From the IMG/VR virus record IMGVR_UViG_3300028591_000103, positions 64,001 to 128,000 of that record: 64,000 bases of DNA; one strand, given 5' to 3'. Under the pieces are notes generated by a model. It searched no databases. It was not told the DNA's origin and saw only the letters and a list, made by a program, of their open reading frames with translations. Shown here in pieces: positions 40,599 through 50,605 of this stretch; positions within the stretch are counted from its first letter, which is position 1, and each line of letters starts with the position of its first letter. The translations under genes and the position numbers were made by a program. Source of the stretch: a virus. Lineage: Duplodnaviria > Caudoviricetes.

Positions 40599-43500
40599 AG
40601 CCATTCCAGATTTTGCCAATATGCCGTTTTAATTCCACCAAGATTTTGTTAGCTGATGCGGTAACAATCATACTTGGAATCATACGTTTCATGATACTGC
40701 CAGCGGATACAAACATGGAGATTTCAGTTTCCGGATCATCTTCCGTAAATGGTTCCTGTCCTTCTGGAATGACTTCGGAAATAACTTGCTTGGATGCTGC
40801 ATAAACAACACACTTATCTCCGATTGACACATCATCACCATGTTCAATATAAATCTCGATCATGACGTCACAATGTTGTCCTTTAATTGATTGACCATTG
40901 ATCGGTTCTGTCGGTAATGAATACAGTGTATCCAACTTATACACGGAATTCGATTTATCATGTTTATCCAGAATTTTACGTTTCTGGATATTCTCTTTGA
41001 AATGTGCATCAAGCAATTCAAACAGAGAAGGAGATAACTTATCCATTCCCTTTGTTGTATACATTCGAATCTCTTTGACAGTTCCGGCATGTTTGGATTT
41101 GATAATACGTTTCGCAGTATCAAGTGAATTGGAGTCACTCTGGAATGCTTTCAGGAATGCATCAACTGCTTTATCACCAGTATCTCCAAGACCGAATACA
41201 ATCAACGGATCTCCGATTTCAACCTCGTCACCAACTTTGACAATGGACTCCACATCATCGGTTGCATTTAACTTTGATGCCTGACGCATTGTGACATGTG
41301 TTCCAAGTCGTTTTGACATCTTCTCTGTGATCATACCAGCATCCTCATATGTTGCATATGTTCCACAGAAAGCAACCTTTGCAAGCGGACCAACATTCAT
41401 TCTCACCATTCCAGAAGAATCCTTGGAGAAGAACTTTTCATGATATGCCAAAATATCATTCTGTTCAAATGTATCTCCGGGTTCGAAATTGGATTTCAGT
41501 TTGTTATCCACAAAGAATCCGGATCCGGGGTTGAATGAATATCTGTCGGATACTGGTATCGCTTGTTTCTTTTTTGATGCGTATTCGACGATCATGTATC
41601 CATCGCTGATCTCCAACACTTTACCATTCTCTTGTGCAGTAACGGCAAATTCATCAGAAACATATGCAGCAACCAACTCATCGACACCATTCGAAACAAG
41701 AACCGGTTCCGCTTCATCAGTAGGAAGAATATGTCCTGTTTGAGATGTTGCGATTGCCGTACGAATTGCGTCATCACGAGAAACAGTTCCTGGAGTTAAT
41801 AACTCGGAAAATGATGCGAGTTGCAGATCATTGTAATCTGCATCGATACCTTTTGTGGAAGTATAACCACGAACAGATTCCAATTTTGGATCAACCGTCA
41901 ATTGTCGATTGATACCAACGTTATTGGAGTTTGGCGTTGAGATGGCAATCTTACCAACCATGGAATCATCAAATGAACGTTTTGCTTCAGAGTATGCTTT
42001 ATCTTCATTGACTCCACCGAATCCCTTCTTAGAAACATTTTCAGTTTCATGAAGTTCAATCATAGGATTCAATGCAGAAGAAGTCGCAATCGTTTGTACA
42101 TTCATCAACATTGTCATGATTTCATTCGGATTAAATTTCAATTTAGATTCTTTGAATTTTGATCCTGGAGCATTGTTATACTTTGATATTGCAACAGCCA
42201 ATGCGTGATGAATCATTGCGGGTATAATTTCGGAAGAACGAATACGATACAATGAAGCATTACTCTCGGATGTGAAATTATTATCCGCCAACAGATTTGA
42301 TGCATAAACCAGCATGTCACACAAATTATCCGGTAACTTATAATGATGACACACATCTTCTGTGATGGCATCTACAAAGAAATGATAATTTGTAATGAAT
42401 GTTGTTTTCTGTGAAAACTGTTTGAAGAAGATCTGATTGAACATATCCACATAGATTGAATTATCATCCATGATCGTAGATTCAAATTCGGTTGTTGTAT
42501 ATTGTCTCGTATTGATTCGATAGAATCCATTGAACAACAACTGATTCTGAATGGTGTTCTGAACAGCCAATGTTTTATCCTTGAACGGAATCTTCATGAA
42601 TCCTTCTGCGTTTTCCTTGGGTCCAATATAACGATATTGTGCACCAGATCTCTTCAGCAATGAAGACAGACCCTCCCATGCAGCAATCGATACACCGACA
42701 GGCAACATGATACCCATCAGCTTCATTTCTGCATACATGGATAATTTTGCTGGTTTGCCCTTATTATACGCTTTCAATATTTCTTCAGGAAGTGTCGGGA
42801 GAATATTGTCCGTAATGGTTCTGTTATGACGATCCAAGCCCGTTTCTGTATTGATAACAAGTGGAACTTGATCGATCATTCCACAACAGAATTCATTTTC
42901 ATTCACAGTAACAAAATTGAATTCACGCAAACATTGTTCGCGGTTGAATATGATTCTGCATTTCCGTTCTTTATTTTCATAAGAGAACCATTTCTTTGCA
43001 AACTCGTCGTATTCAATCGTAGAAACAAATCGGGAATTCGTCACAGAAGAAGAACCGTATTTGACATATGGATTCTTACCATTGGCGTCATTTTTCTGTG
43101 CTACGGCCTTCATCAACAGGGTCAAATCAACCAACGATTTTGTGTCATATCGTTGAACAGAAATCTTGTTGTAGTTAGATGTCAACATGACAAGTTTCTT
43201 ATTGATCTTTAGAATTGGAATCGGGAATTCCTGTTTTCCGATCGTATACCAAGATCCATTATACAAGAACTTTCCATTCACCATCTTCGGTATGCGGATG
43301 TTGATGTGTGATTGTGTACCAGTCTTCTTATTCTTCAAAGATACTTTCCAATTATGCATCAATGAAGTGGAATCGGAAATATCCGTGACTTCAACATTCG
43401 TAACAACAAATCCTTCTGGAAGTTTTTGTAATGTCATAAATGTTGCGACGATATCCTGATCCATCATTTTTTCTTCATATTCTTTTGATATCATTGGGAA

Positions 43501-44793
43501 TGAAGACCCATGCAATGCTCCATGATTTGTGGTTGTTAATTTCAACGGTTTAATCGGAGGAGGGAGTGGTACATCTGTTACGGAAGAAACAGCACCAGTG
43601 TTCAATTCCTTTAAACGAATTTGACCGATGTTTGAACGCAATCTCATCTCACGTGCTGATGTGACTGTATTCATTGTACTTTGATCATTTGAAACCTCAC
43701 GAGATCCTGCCAATTGGGAAGAAGCTTGATTGATTAATTGATTCTCTACAGGATGATCTCCACCTTGTTCCAGATCTTGAGAGATTCGTTTATAATCCGA
43801 TACAGGTGCATTATTCGGAGAAATACGATGAATCAACGATGCATTGATTTCAAATGTCTTTGCATTGTATAATTCATCTTTCTCTGTTTCTGTAGAATCA
43901 ATACCGAATCGATCTTTGATATTCTTCAAAGATTGTTTGAGATTCCCTGAACCACCATCTGTATTGGTGGCATTTTCTCCCTGATCTGATTCCGATGTAT
44001 CTGCATTGATTTCATCCATCAAATCGTCAATGCTGGAATCACTCATAGATGCGGGCTTTGATGATACTCCTTTAAAAGGAACACCGATTGTTGAACAAAT
44101 GTTCTGCAAAGCTTCGGAATCACTCGGCATGATAGAACGCAAATCCAGTTTATAATCTGCTCCGGTAGAACGAAGGATCACTGTTGTATCTTGTGTGGAT
44201 TTTGTTTGACCAGCAATACAAGCTCCCAACAGACCATTGATCAAATCCGCGTTCATGGAATCTTTACTGCTTCCATCATAAATTTTCACACGGTCTGTAT
44301 TCACAACCCATATTCTTCGTTTTGCCCCAGAGAACATTTGGGCAATTGTATTCATCATCCCAATAACATGATTACCCATATATTCGGGAGACAATTCTCG
44401 AATGATACGGTTCAGTTGATAACATACATCCGAAATCGGGACATACACATTTGTATTTGCCGTTCTTTTAATCGGATATGGTTCTACCGTTAATTGCGGA
44501 ACCATCTTCTGTTTCATCAAGTATTCGACACGTTTTTTATATTCCTGCTGAGATAGTTGATACTTGAAATTCATTGGACCTATCTTACTTGCGACGGAAT
44601 ACGGAATAATAATATTTTTGTAATTGGTACGAGGTGGTGGCATTTTCTTGATCAATTCCAGATCATATTCATAAGAACCTGCCATCAAAAATACAACAAC
44701 ATTATCCTTCTGATCCGGAAGCGCATATGGTGTTGATACCGGTTGCAAATTTCTTCCAGTGGAAAGATCTGTTGCTTCTTGAATAAAGCTCAT
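40597..44793 (-). CDS. RNA polymerase beta subunit, large (virion type, phiKZ gp178-like)
   Basis: TPNSNNVGI, DDAIRTAIATSQTGH, ATYEDAG, IGDK, SKQVIS, IMKRMIPS; start MSFIQEA after AGGAG. Confidence 0.88.
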   Translation of the reverse strand: MSFIQEATDLSTGRNLQPVSTPYALPDQKDNVVVFLMAGSYEYDLELIKKMPPPRTNYKNIIIPYSVASKIGPMNFKYQLSQQEYKKRVEYLMKQKMVPQLTVEPYPIKRTANTNVYVPISDVCYQLNRIIRELSPEYMGNHVIGMMNTIAQMFSGAKRRIWVVNTDRVKIYDGSSKDSMNADLINGLLGACIAGQTKSTQDTTVILRSTGADYKLDLRSIMPSDSEALQNICSTIGVPFKGVSSKPASMSDSSIDDLMDEINADTSESDQGENATNTDGGSGNLKQSLKNIKDRFGIDSTETEKDELYNAKTFEINASLIHRISPNNAPVSDYKRISQDLEQGGDHPVENQLINQASSQLAGSREVSNDQSTMNTVTSAREMRLRSNIGQIRLKELNTGAVSSVTDVPLPPPIKPLKLTTTNHGALHGSSFPMISKEYEEKMMDQDIVATFMTLQKLPEGFVVTNVEVTDISDSTSLMHNWKVSLKNKKTGTQSHINIRIPKMVNGKFLYNGSWYTIGKQEFPIPILKINKKLVMLTSNYNKISVQRYDTKSLVDLTLLMKAVAQKNDANGKNPYVKYGSSSVTNSRFVSTIEYDEFAKKWFSYENKERKCRIIFNREQCLREFNFVTVNENEFCCGMIDQVPLVINTETGLDRHNRTITDNILPTLPEEILKAYNKGKPAKLSMYAEMKLMGIMLPVGVSIAAWEGLSSLLKRSGAQYRYIGPKENAEGFMKIPFKDKTLAVQNTIQNQLLFNGFYRINTRQYTTTEFESTIMDDNSIYVDMFNQIFFKQFSQKTTFITNYHFFVDAITEDVCHHYKLPDNLCDMLVYASNLLADNNFTSESNASLYRIRSSEIIPAMIHHALAVAISKYNNAPGSKFKESKLKFNPNEIMTMLMNVQTIATSSALNPMIELHETENVSKKGFGGVNEDKAYSEAKRSFDDSMVGKIAISTPNSNNVGINRQLTVDPKLESVRGYTSTKGIDADYNDLQLASFSELLTPGTVSRDDAIRTAIATSQTGHILPTDEAEPVLVSNGVDELVAAYVSDEFAVTAQENGKVLEISDGYMIVEYASKKKQAIPVSDRYSFNPGSGFFVDNKLKSNFEPGDTFEQNDILAYHEKFFSKDSSGMVRMNVGPLAKVAFCGTYATYEDAGMITEKMSKRLGTHVTMRQASKLNATDDVESIVKVGDEVEIGDPLIVFGLGDTGDKAVDAFLKAFQSDSNSLDTAKRIIKSKHAGTVKEIRMYTTKGMDKLSPSLFELLDAHFKENIQKRKILDKHDKSNSVYKLDTLYSLPTEPINGQSIKGQHCDVMIEIYIEHGDDVSIGDKCVVYAASKQVISEVIPEGQEPFTEDDPETEISMFVSAGSIMKRMIPSMIVTASANKILVELKRHIGKIWNG

Positions 44794-44834
44794 ATATTTC
44801 ACTCCTAACGAAAAAAAAAAATGGAGGTGTTTGT

Positions 44835-45005
44835 GTGTTTCATTTAAAACAAAACACAACTTATTATCACACATGTCCGCTGTGTGGAGCGAATCTTGAT
44901 CCAGGTGAATCGTGTGATTGCCAAAAGGAGCAATCAACTGCTCCAAAGGTTACCGAAAAGTCCGATAACAATATGAATGAAAGGGGTGTAATGAAAAATG
45001 AATAG
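44835..45005 (+). CDS. 56-aa Zn-finger protein (absent from ORF track)
   Basis: SD GGAGGTG, GTG start; YYHTCPLCGANLDPGESCDC. Confidence 0.75.
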   Translation: MFHLKQNTTYYHTCPLCGANLDPGESCDCQKEQSTAPKVTEKSDNNMNERGVMKNE

Positions 45006-45267
45006 TAATAATATCCCAAAAGCAGCGTTGTATTTTATCACATTGGAAGACATCACGGGAAATTGTCATGATGAAAATGATATCGTATACAATTTTGCGT
45101 TACCGCTTGAAAAAAGAATGGAACAATTTCTTGATGTGATGGAGAAGAAATTCGATCATATATTCTCGCCGGATGAAATTGAAATATTATCTTCATATGG
45201 ACAACATCAAGCACATGATTTCATAAATAAAGTCCGTGAATATATTTATCCTTGGATGCAACCATGA
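44998..45267 (+). CDS. Hypothetical protein
   Basis: SD AAAGGGGTG; overlaps the upstream gene. Confidence 0.7.
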   Translation: MNSNNIPKAALYFITLEDITGNCHDENDIVYNFALPLEKRMEQFLDVMEKKFDHIFSPDEIEILSSYGQHQAHDFINKVREYIYPWMQP

Positions 45268-45273
45268 GTGTAA

Positions 45274-45439
45274 TTCCCAAACACTGTGGTCTTTTCCTTT
45301 CTATTCTATTTTTTTTATTCTATCGCCGGGTTACCCATTCCCGACGATACTCCTTTCTTTTTTGAGAACGATTTCTGCCATAGGCATAATTATCATCCTT
45401 CGTGATAATCAACACCACAGATATCCGTTTGTTTGGGAA
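45274..45439 (-). ncRNA. End-paired structured RNA with SD motifs and an 18-codon ORF
   Basis: TTCCCAAACA/TGTTTGGGAA and CTGTGGT/ACCACAG closing stems; 45321-45349 stem needs G-U on minus; late motif AACG-N6-TG at 45429-45418. Confidence 0.5.
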
Positions 45440-45450
45440 GAAAAAATGTA

Positions 45451-45470
45451 CGGCGGGCAATTGCCCGCCG
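45451..45470 (-). terminator. Terminator
   Basis: CGGCGGGC-AATT-GCCCGCCG followed by a U-tract on minus. Confidence 0.8.
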
Positions 45471-45476
45471 TGCGAC

Positions 45477-46076
45477 TTATAATTTGTCTCTGTCGAGAAA
45501 TTCTGCTTTCAAGATTGCATTTTCCATATTCACCAATCTCTGAATCGTTGAAATGGATACAATCATTTTCTGTCTGTCTTCCGGGGAAGATTTGTAATAC
45601 TTTGAAACCAACTGTGACACATTATTTACAATCGTCGGTTTCAATGTTGCAGTCATCTTTTGACGAATCTCCGCAGGTGTAATATTCCAGTATGTCAAAA
45701 CATCATGGAACATATGTAAGAAGTTTACCGGTTCATCATAGAATCCCCATGACATAATAAACTTCATATCCAAATCCGCGGATATCATTGTGACTTCACA
45801 TAAAATACCTGGTTGTACCTTATGGATACTTTCCAGTATTTCTGTCAGTTTCGATTGCGATATTGTATTTGTGTCTGAATTCAATAACTTCACAAGTCGA
45901 TCATTTAACGCAGCCGGTTTAATAACACCTTCACCAACAGCTTTGCATAATGCTGTCATCAGGATGTCGTTATTGACTTTATGCGAGAAATCAATATCCG
46001 GCTTCACCTCAACAACTTCATGAAGTTTGTTCATCGCTTCTTGCGACATCATCGATTTCGCTTCGTCCAATGTCAT
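45477..46076 (-). CDS. Hypothetical early protein
   Basis: SD GAAAGGA; early motif upstream. Confidence 0.75.
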   Translation of the reverse strand: MTLDEAKSMMSQEAMNKLHEVVEVKPDIDFSHKVNNDILMTALCKAVGEGVIKPAALNDRLVKLLNSDTNTISQSKLTEILESIHKVQPGILCEVTMISADLDMKFIMSWGFYDEPVNFLHMFHDVLTYWNITPAEIRQKMTATLKPTIVNNVSQLVSKYYKSSPEDRQKMIVSISTIQRLVNMENAILKAEFLDRDKL

Positions 46077-46107
46077 GATATTCATTCCTTTCATTTTTAT
46101 TATGTTT

Positions 46108-46145
46108 CAAGTCGATATGCTCGACTTGTTCAGATAAATAATATA
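46108..46145 (-). promoter_or_regulatory. Putative early promoter + 5' hairpin
   Basis: TATATTATT-TATC-TGAACA, then CAAGTCGA/TCGACTTG stem. Confidence 0.6.
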
Positions 46146-46173
46146 ATTATACAAAAATAAAAAATAAATAGAA

Positions 46174-46195
46174 TGGTGGGGCCGAAGCCCCACCA
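46174..46195 (-). terminator. Terminator
   Basis: On minus: TGGTGGGGC-TTCG-GCCCCACCA plus T-rich tail. Confidence 0.85.
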
Positions 46196-46206
46196 CACTC
46201 TGTTTA

Positions 46207-47025
46207 TTATTTGAACTTTTCGAAGAAAGATTCCTGGATAGGTTTTCTGGTATCCCATCTGCGAAGAGAATTCATCGTGATATCCTGCTTGAACAGATAA
46301 TCCATCTGCGAAATACAGTATTCAACGATTGCTGCATTGAGACCGGTCTCGTACGGAATCTGAATGCCATGCATTGCACCTTCGGTTACAATACGTCCGC
46401 AAATACGAAGAATCGTAGACTCATTGGTCTGCTCATCAGAAATCTGATTATCTTCGTTCTTCTTTTCGATCTTGTTATCAAGATCGAATACAACCGTACC
46501 ACTTGCATTTTTGACAGTGTTAGCCACATCTTCAACAACCTTGTTGGCTACGGTTTCTTTCAGACGTTCCCGCAATTCATCATAGCTCTCAATGTTCTTC
46601 AGTTCTTCCTTCATATCTTCAGCATCTGCCGTGAAAGCATCATCCTGACGATCAACAACCTTAGATTGAACCTTCAGCGTCTTCTCGTCAATCTCCTGGA
46701 CGATTCCACTGAGAATCGGGGAGTTGAGTTTATCACGGGATTTGCAAAGATAATCATAACAGCCACAACCGTAATTATCACGAATGTGTGTCATGATGGA
46801 CTGATCAATCATTCCATCGAGATCTTTTGTCTCATCGTGCATCATTGCACAGATGATATCTTTGAGAACGTATAATGACAGCTTTTCACGAAACTTTCCA
46901 GCATCAAATGTTTCAGGGGTTTTCACACCCATGTTTTGATGCATTGTGGTATTCATATCATTCGGGAACTTATTGTTCGCACCATCAATGATAGAATCCA
47001 GAATAGACTTGATATCAGCCGGCAT
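46207..47025 (-). CDS. Probable internal head protein
   Basis: Acidic helical protein with PIQES near the C-terminus; co-oriented directly after the polyprotein gene. Confidence 0.6.
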   Translation of the reverse strand: MPADIKSILDSIIDGANNKFPNDMNTTMHQNMGVKTPETFDAGKFREKLSLYVLKDIICAMMHDETKDLDGMIDQSIMTHIRDNYGCGCYDYLCKSRDKLNSPILSGIVQEIDEKTLKVQSKVVDRQDDAFTADAEDMKEELKNIESYDELRERLKETVANKVVEDVANTVKNASGTVVFDLDNKIEKKNEDNQISDEQTNESTILRICGRIVTEGAMHGIQIPYETGLNAAIVEYCISQMDYLFKQDITMNSLRRWDTRKPIQESFFEKFK

Positions 47026-47044
47026 TAGTTATTCACTCCTTTCA

Positions 47045-50000
47045 TTATAAATAATTTCCAGCCTGGCTAACATCTTTGAATTTCATATTATTACCAAAGA
47101 TGATAGCTAGACCATGTTCATTATCGAAATCCCAATCACAATCAATCATGGTATCCCATTTTGATGAGCGGTCATTCGCATAAACGTATGCCGGTCTTAG
47201 ATGCTTCTCCGGATGTTCCCAATCAGCAGACTTTAGTTCGGATTCCGACATCTCAGATTTCCAGCTCTCCATGTAATCACGAATCTGTTTTCGAACAGAA
47301 TCATTGAGGAGTTTCTCGCTATTCTTTACGATATCGAGAGCTTTGTAAGTGCTTTCAAGAGATATTCCTCGTGGAATTCTGACCTTGTATTCCTTGCCGA
47401 AGAAATTCATGTTTGTAGTATCATATTTCGAATCACTTTCTTTGATAGTATACAAAAGCTTTTCGAATTCATCCCAACTTTTGGCAATCTGCTTAAGACC
47501 GTTTTTTGCATCATGTACATAAGTGAATATTCTGGTATCGGTCTTGGACTTATTGCCCATCAGGATTTCGTCACCACGTCCATTATTCGCGAGAGGAATA
47601 AATTCGGCACCAGGATGACCAGCATAATCATATTTGCCGCGATCACGCAAAGATGATTCAATGAGCCCCCATTCACATCCTTGGAACCATCCGTCAGCAC
47701 CTTTGATTCCGATATCTTCAATACCGGACTCGAGTAATCGTTTGTATCCATCTGGAAGAGATCTTCCGATAATAGATTCGCACTTAGTGATATGTGATTT
47801 GAAACGGTCTAAATCTTTTGGTGGATAGTAAGCTTCCTGAACAAAACTCGGTGCTTCTTTCTGAACCTTATCAATGAACTTTTGACCGATGGATTCAATG
47901 CCCTTGACATTGTTTGCTTTGCTTCTCTGTGCATGGAATCCATCATTCAGCATCTTGATATATGCTTCAAAATCTTCTGCGTCCGGTTGTTCCTTTGTAT
48001 CAAAGACATAAACCTTTCCGTTATAGTACAGAAGTTCGTCATCACACTGAATGACACCGAACGGGACTGTTCCTTGTGGATGTAAGAATTCAGCATCCTC
48101 TCCAACAAGTTCATCTGTCCACATCCACATGAGAATGTATGTGTTATCGACAACCCAGTATTCGGTATCATATCCTTTTTCATCAGGAATGTTAATAGAT
48201 TCATTTAATATTTCCTGATAAGCTTTCGACTTATAAACCTTCTTGAAACCTTCAGGAAGTTTATAACCACAACCCGCTTCGATATAGTCTGTATCTGTTG
48301 GATCAGGGTTCTTAAATGAATCAAGCAATCCCTTCATGGAATCAGAAAGTTTCTTGATCTGGTTTTCACCAGACATGTCATAGACTCCATATACCTTATC
48401 CTTTACAGAATAACCGACCAGTTCATCATTGAAGCATGAGAACAGTGGAATGAATACACTGAGCTTTCTTGCTCGTTGGATTTCTTCCGGGTAATAGACT
48501 CTACAAATGATATGGTATTTAGAACCATCTTTGACCATCATCATGTATTGTCCATGATGATCTTGACGCCATTTTACAATGCCTTTCTCCGTGGAAAGAT
48601 ATCGTTTCAAATCCTCCGGAAGAGGACCTGACTGGGCTTCTATCTTTTGAAGACGTTTGTCAGAACTCTTCTTCCGGAGACCGTCAAAAAAACCTTCTTG
48701 GACGGGTTCACCATCATCTGCAGGCTTTTCACGAGTCTCAAGCATCTTCAGAACACCGGTTGCTTCAGAAACAAAAGCTTGAATCATTCTCTTTACAGTC
48801 ATGATTTCACTTTGTTTCACATCAGCACGCATCATCGCCATAAGATCAGATAAGCAATGATTCAACCGCAGGAGCTGTTTGATTTCGGCTTCATTGAATA
48901 CTTTCTTCATCTTTGAAGCCTTATGAACGACACGATTGCATTGTCTGCCTTCCTTGCGGAATGCATCACAAAGCTCTTCGATTTCCATCTCATTGTCGTT
49001 CAATATACCAAGAGCTTTTCTGAGGTGAATATCAAGCTCCTTACCGATATTACCTCGCGTCAGAAAAAAAGCTTCTTGTGCAACATCAGGTGCGGTTCCT
49101 TCAGGAGATTGCAAGAAGTCTTTCAGCTGTTGAAGCGTCATACCCTTCAGTCTTTCAGTACCCTGTGCAAGCAGCTCATCCATCGTCATATTATCAAAAT
49201 CGATATCAGAAACTTCTGATGGAGTATCTGTCATTTCAGAAGAAGTATCAGTGCCGAGTTCAGCATTCAGATCATCTTCGGTCGGTTCATCTGTTGCACC
49301 CAAATCATCAGATACATCGGACGAATTGGTTGCATCCAGATTCACATCATCTGTATTGATGTCTGCATCAGCATTGGTATCATCCGAAATCTTTTCTGCA
49401 ATTTCGTTCGAAACATCGTTAACCGTAACGAGTTCCTTTTGACCATCCGCTGCAGTACCATCATCAACAGCCGGTGTATCTGTCGGCGCAGTTGCATCTG
49501 CATCTGTTGAAGGTGCGTCACCACTGATTTCGGGTGCAGAGTTGTCACCACCATCAATGGAAACAGAAGCTGCATTTGGATCTGCATCCGGAGCAGTATC
49601 AGGATTACCGAAATCAATTTCTTCCTGGAAGAATCTGGAATGTTTCGGCTTCTGATACATTGCTTCTTCCATACGAACAACATCCATCTTCGACATTGCG
49701 TTAGAAGTAACAGCACCGAGTTCCTTTGAGCTGACACGATTCAAATCGTCTGCAGCAATAGCATTCTTCTTCTTTCCAGAATTGACAGGAATCATGAGGG
49801 CAAGATAATCTCTCTTGGTTTCACCATCAATTTCGAATTCGAATGCTGCATGGTATTTATCAACAGGATCAACAAGAATCAGAATACGTGTTGGTGTGAC
49901 GAACTTCCAGATCTTATCGATGTCAGTGCAGTTTACCTTTTCACCCCAGATTTTGAATGCTGCATCACGAATCATAACGCCGAGGCCATCGGCATCACGA

Positions 50001-50605
50001 ATAATGTATGCAGTCTCAAGTTGCTTTCTGGTGATACGATTCTTCTTGTCCAGTTCAAACAGGACAGGAAGCTTGACATAATAGTCTTTGCCGTCACATT
50101 CACCGAAATTGATTGTAACACGGGAAGGAACGCGTTCGTCATTGATATGAATCATATCACCACCGAACAAACCTTCTTGATACAATTTTTCAGTATATTC
50201 TTTATACATTTTATCCGCAGTCGCATAGACACGTTTGTCATATTGATGACCGGTTTCACGTGCGAACTGTGATAATGTTGCATATGCTTCCTGAACAAAA
50301 TCATCTCTTGTCTTGAATTTGGAATAATCCGTGAATTCAGATTCTTGAACAGTCGCATCACCAGGAATATTGGTAACACGTCCATCCAACATGTTCAGTT
50401 CGAGCGAAGTGATCTCGATGTCATCTTCCAGAGGAATGCTCATTCGGTTAAACGCTCTTTGAGGTTTACCGTTCATACTGAGGTCATCCATCTCTTGGAA
50501 CAGATGGGCACATTCGAGAATTGCTTCATCCATTTGTGCTTCCTGGACGGCTTCTTCATCTCGTCCAGTTTTTGCTTGAAGCTGCTTACGAATATACTCA
50601 AGCAT
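47045..50605 (-). CDS. Probable internal-head polyprotein with 3 SMI1/KNR4 (SUKH) domains and a DUF6985-like domain
   Basis: Repeated [VFYA]QE motifs; acidic linker; SUKH signatures IEAQSGPLPEDLKRYL, IEAGCGYKLPEGFKK, CESIIGRSLPDGYKRLL..FIPLANNGRGD..IAKSWDEF; C-terminal CDWDFDNEHGLAIIF. Confidence 0.75.
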   Translation of the reverse strand: MLEYIRKQLQAKTGRDEEAVQEAQMDEAILECAHLFQEMDDLSMNGKPQRAFNRMSIPLEDDIEITSLELNMLDGRVTNIPGDATVQESEFTDYSKFKTRDDFVQEAYATLSQFARETGHQYDKRVYATADKMYKEYTEKLYQEGLFGGDMIHINDERVPSRVTINFGECDGKDYYVKLPVLFELDKKNRITRKQLETAYIIRDADGLGVMIRDAAFKIWGEKVNCTDIDKIWKFVTPTRILILVDPVDKYHAAFEFEIDGETKRDYLALMIPVNSGKKKNAIAADDLNRVSSKELGAVTSNAMSKMDVVRMEEAMYQKPKHSRFFQEEIDFGNPDTAPDADPNAASVSIDGGDNSAPEISGDAPSTDADATAPTDTPAVDDGTAADGQKELVTVNDVSNEIAEKISDDTNADADINTDDVNLDATNSSDVSDDLGATDEPTEDDLNAELGTDTSSEMTDTPSEVSDIDFDNMTMDELLAQGTERLKGMTLQQLKDFLQSPEGTAPDVAQEAFFLTRGNIGKELDIHLRKALGILNDNEMEIEELCDAFRKEGRQCNRVVHKASKMKKVFNEAEIKQLLRLNHCLSDLMAMMRADVKQSEIMTVKRMIQAFVSEATGVLKMLETREKPADDGEPVQEGFFDGLRKKSSDKRLQKIEAQSGPLPEDLKRYLSTEKGIVKWRQDHHGQYMMMVKDGSKYHIICRVYYPEEIQRARKLSVFIPLFSCFNDELVGYSVKDKVYGVYDMSGENQIKKLSDSMKGLLDSFKNPDPTDTDYIEAGCGYKLPEGFKKVYKSKAYQEILNESINIPDEKGYDTEYWVVDNTYILMWMWTDELVGEDAEFLHPQGTVPFGVIQCDDELLYYNGKVYVFDTKEQPDAEDFEAYIKMLNDGFHAQRSKANNVKGIESIGQKFIDKVQKEAPSFVQEAYYPPKDLDRFKSHITKCESIIGRSLPDGYKRLLESGIEDIGIKGADGWFQGCEWGLIESSLRDRGKYDYAGHPGAEFIPLANNGRGDEILMGNKSKTDTRIFTYVHDAKNGLKQIAKSWDEFEKLLYTIKESDSKYDTTNMNFFGKEYKVRIPRGISLESTYKALDIVKNSEKLLNDSVRKQIRDYMESWKSEMSESELKSADWEHPEKHLRPAYVYANDRSSKWDTMIDCDWDFDNEHGLAIIFGNNMKFKDVSQAGNYL

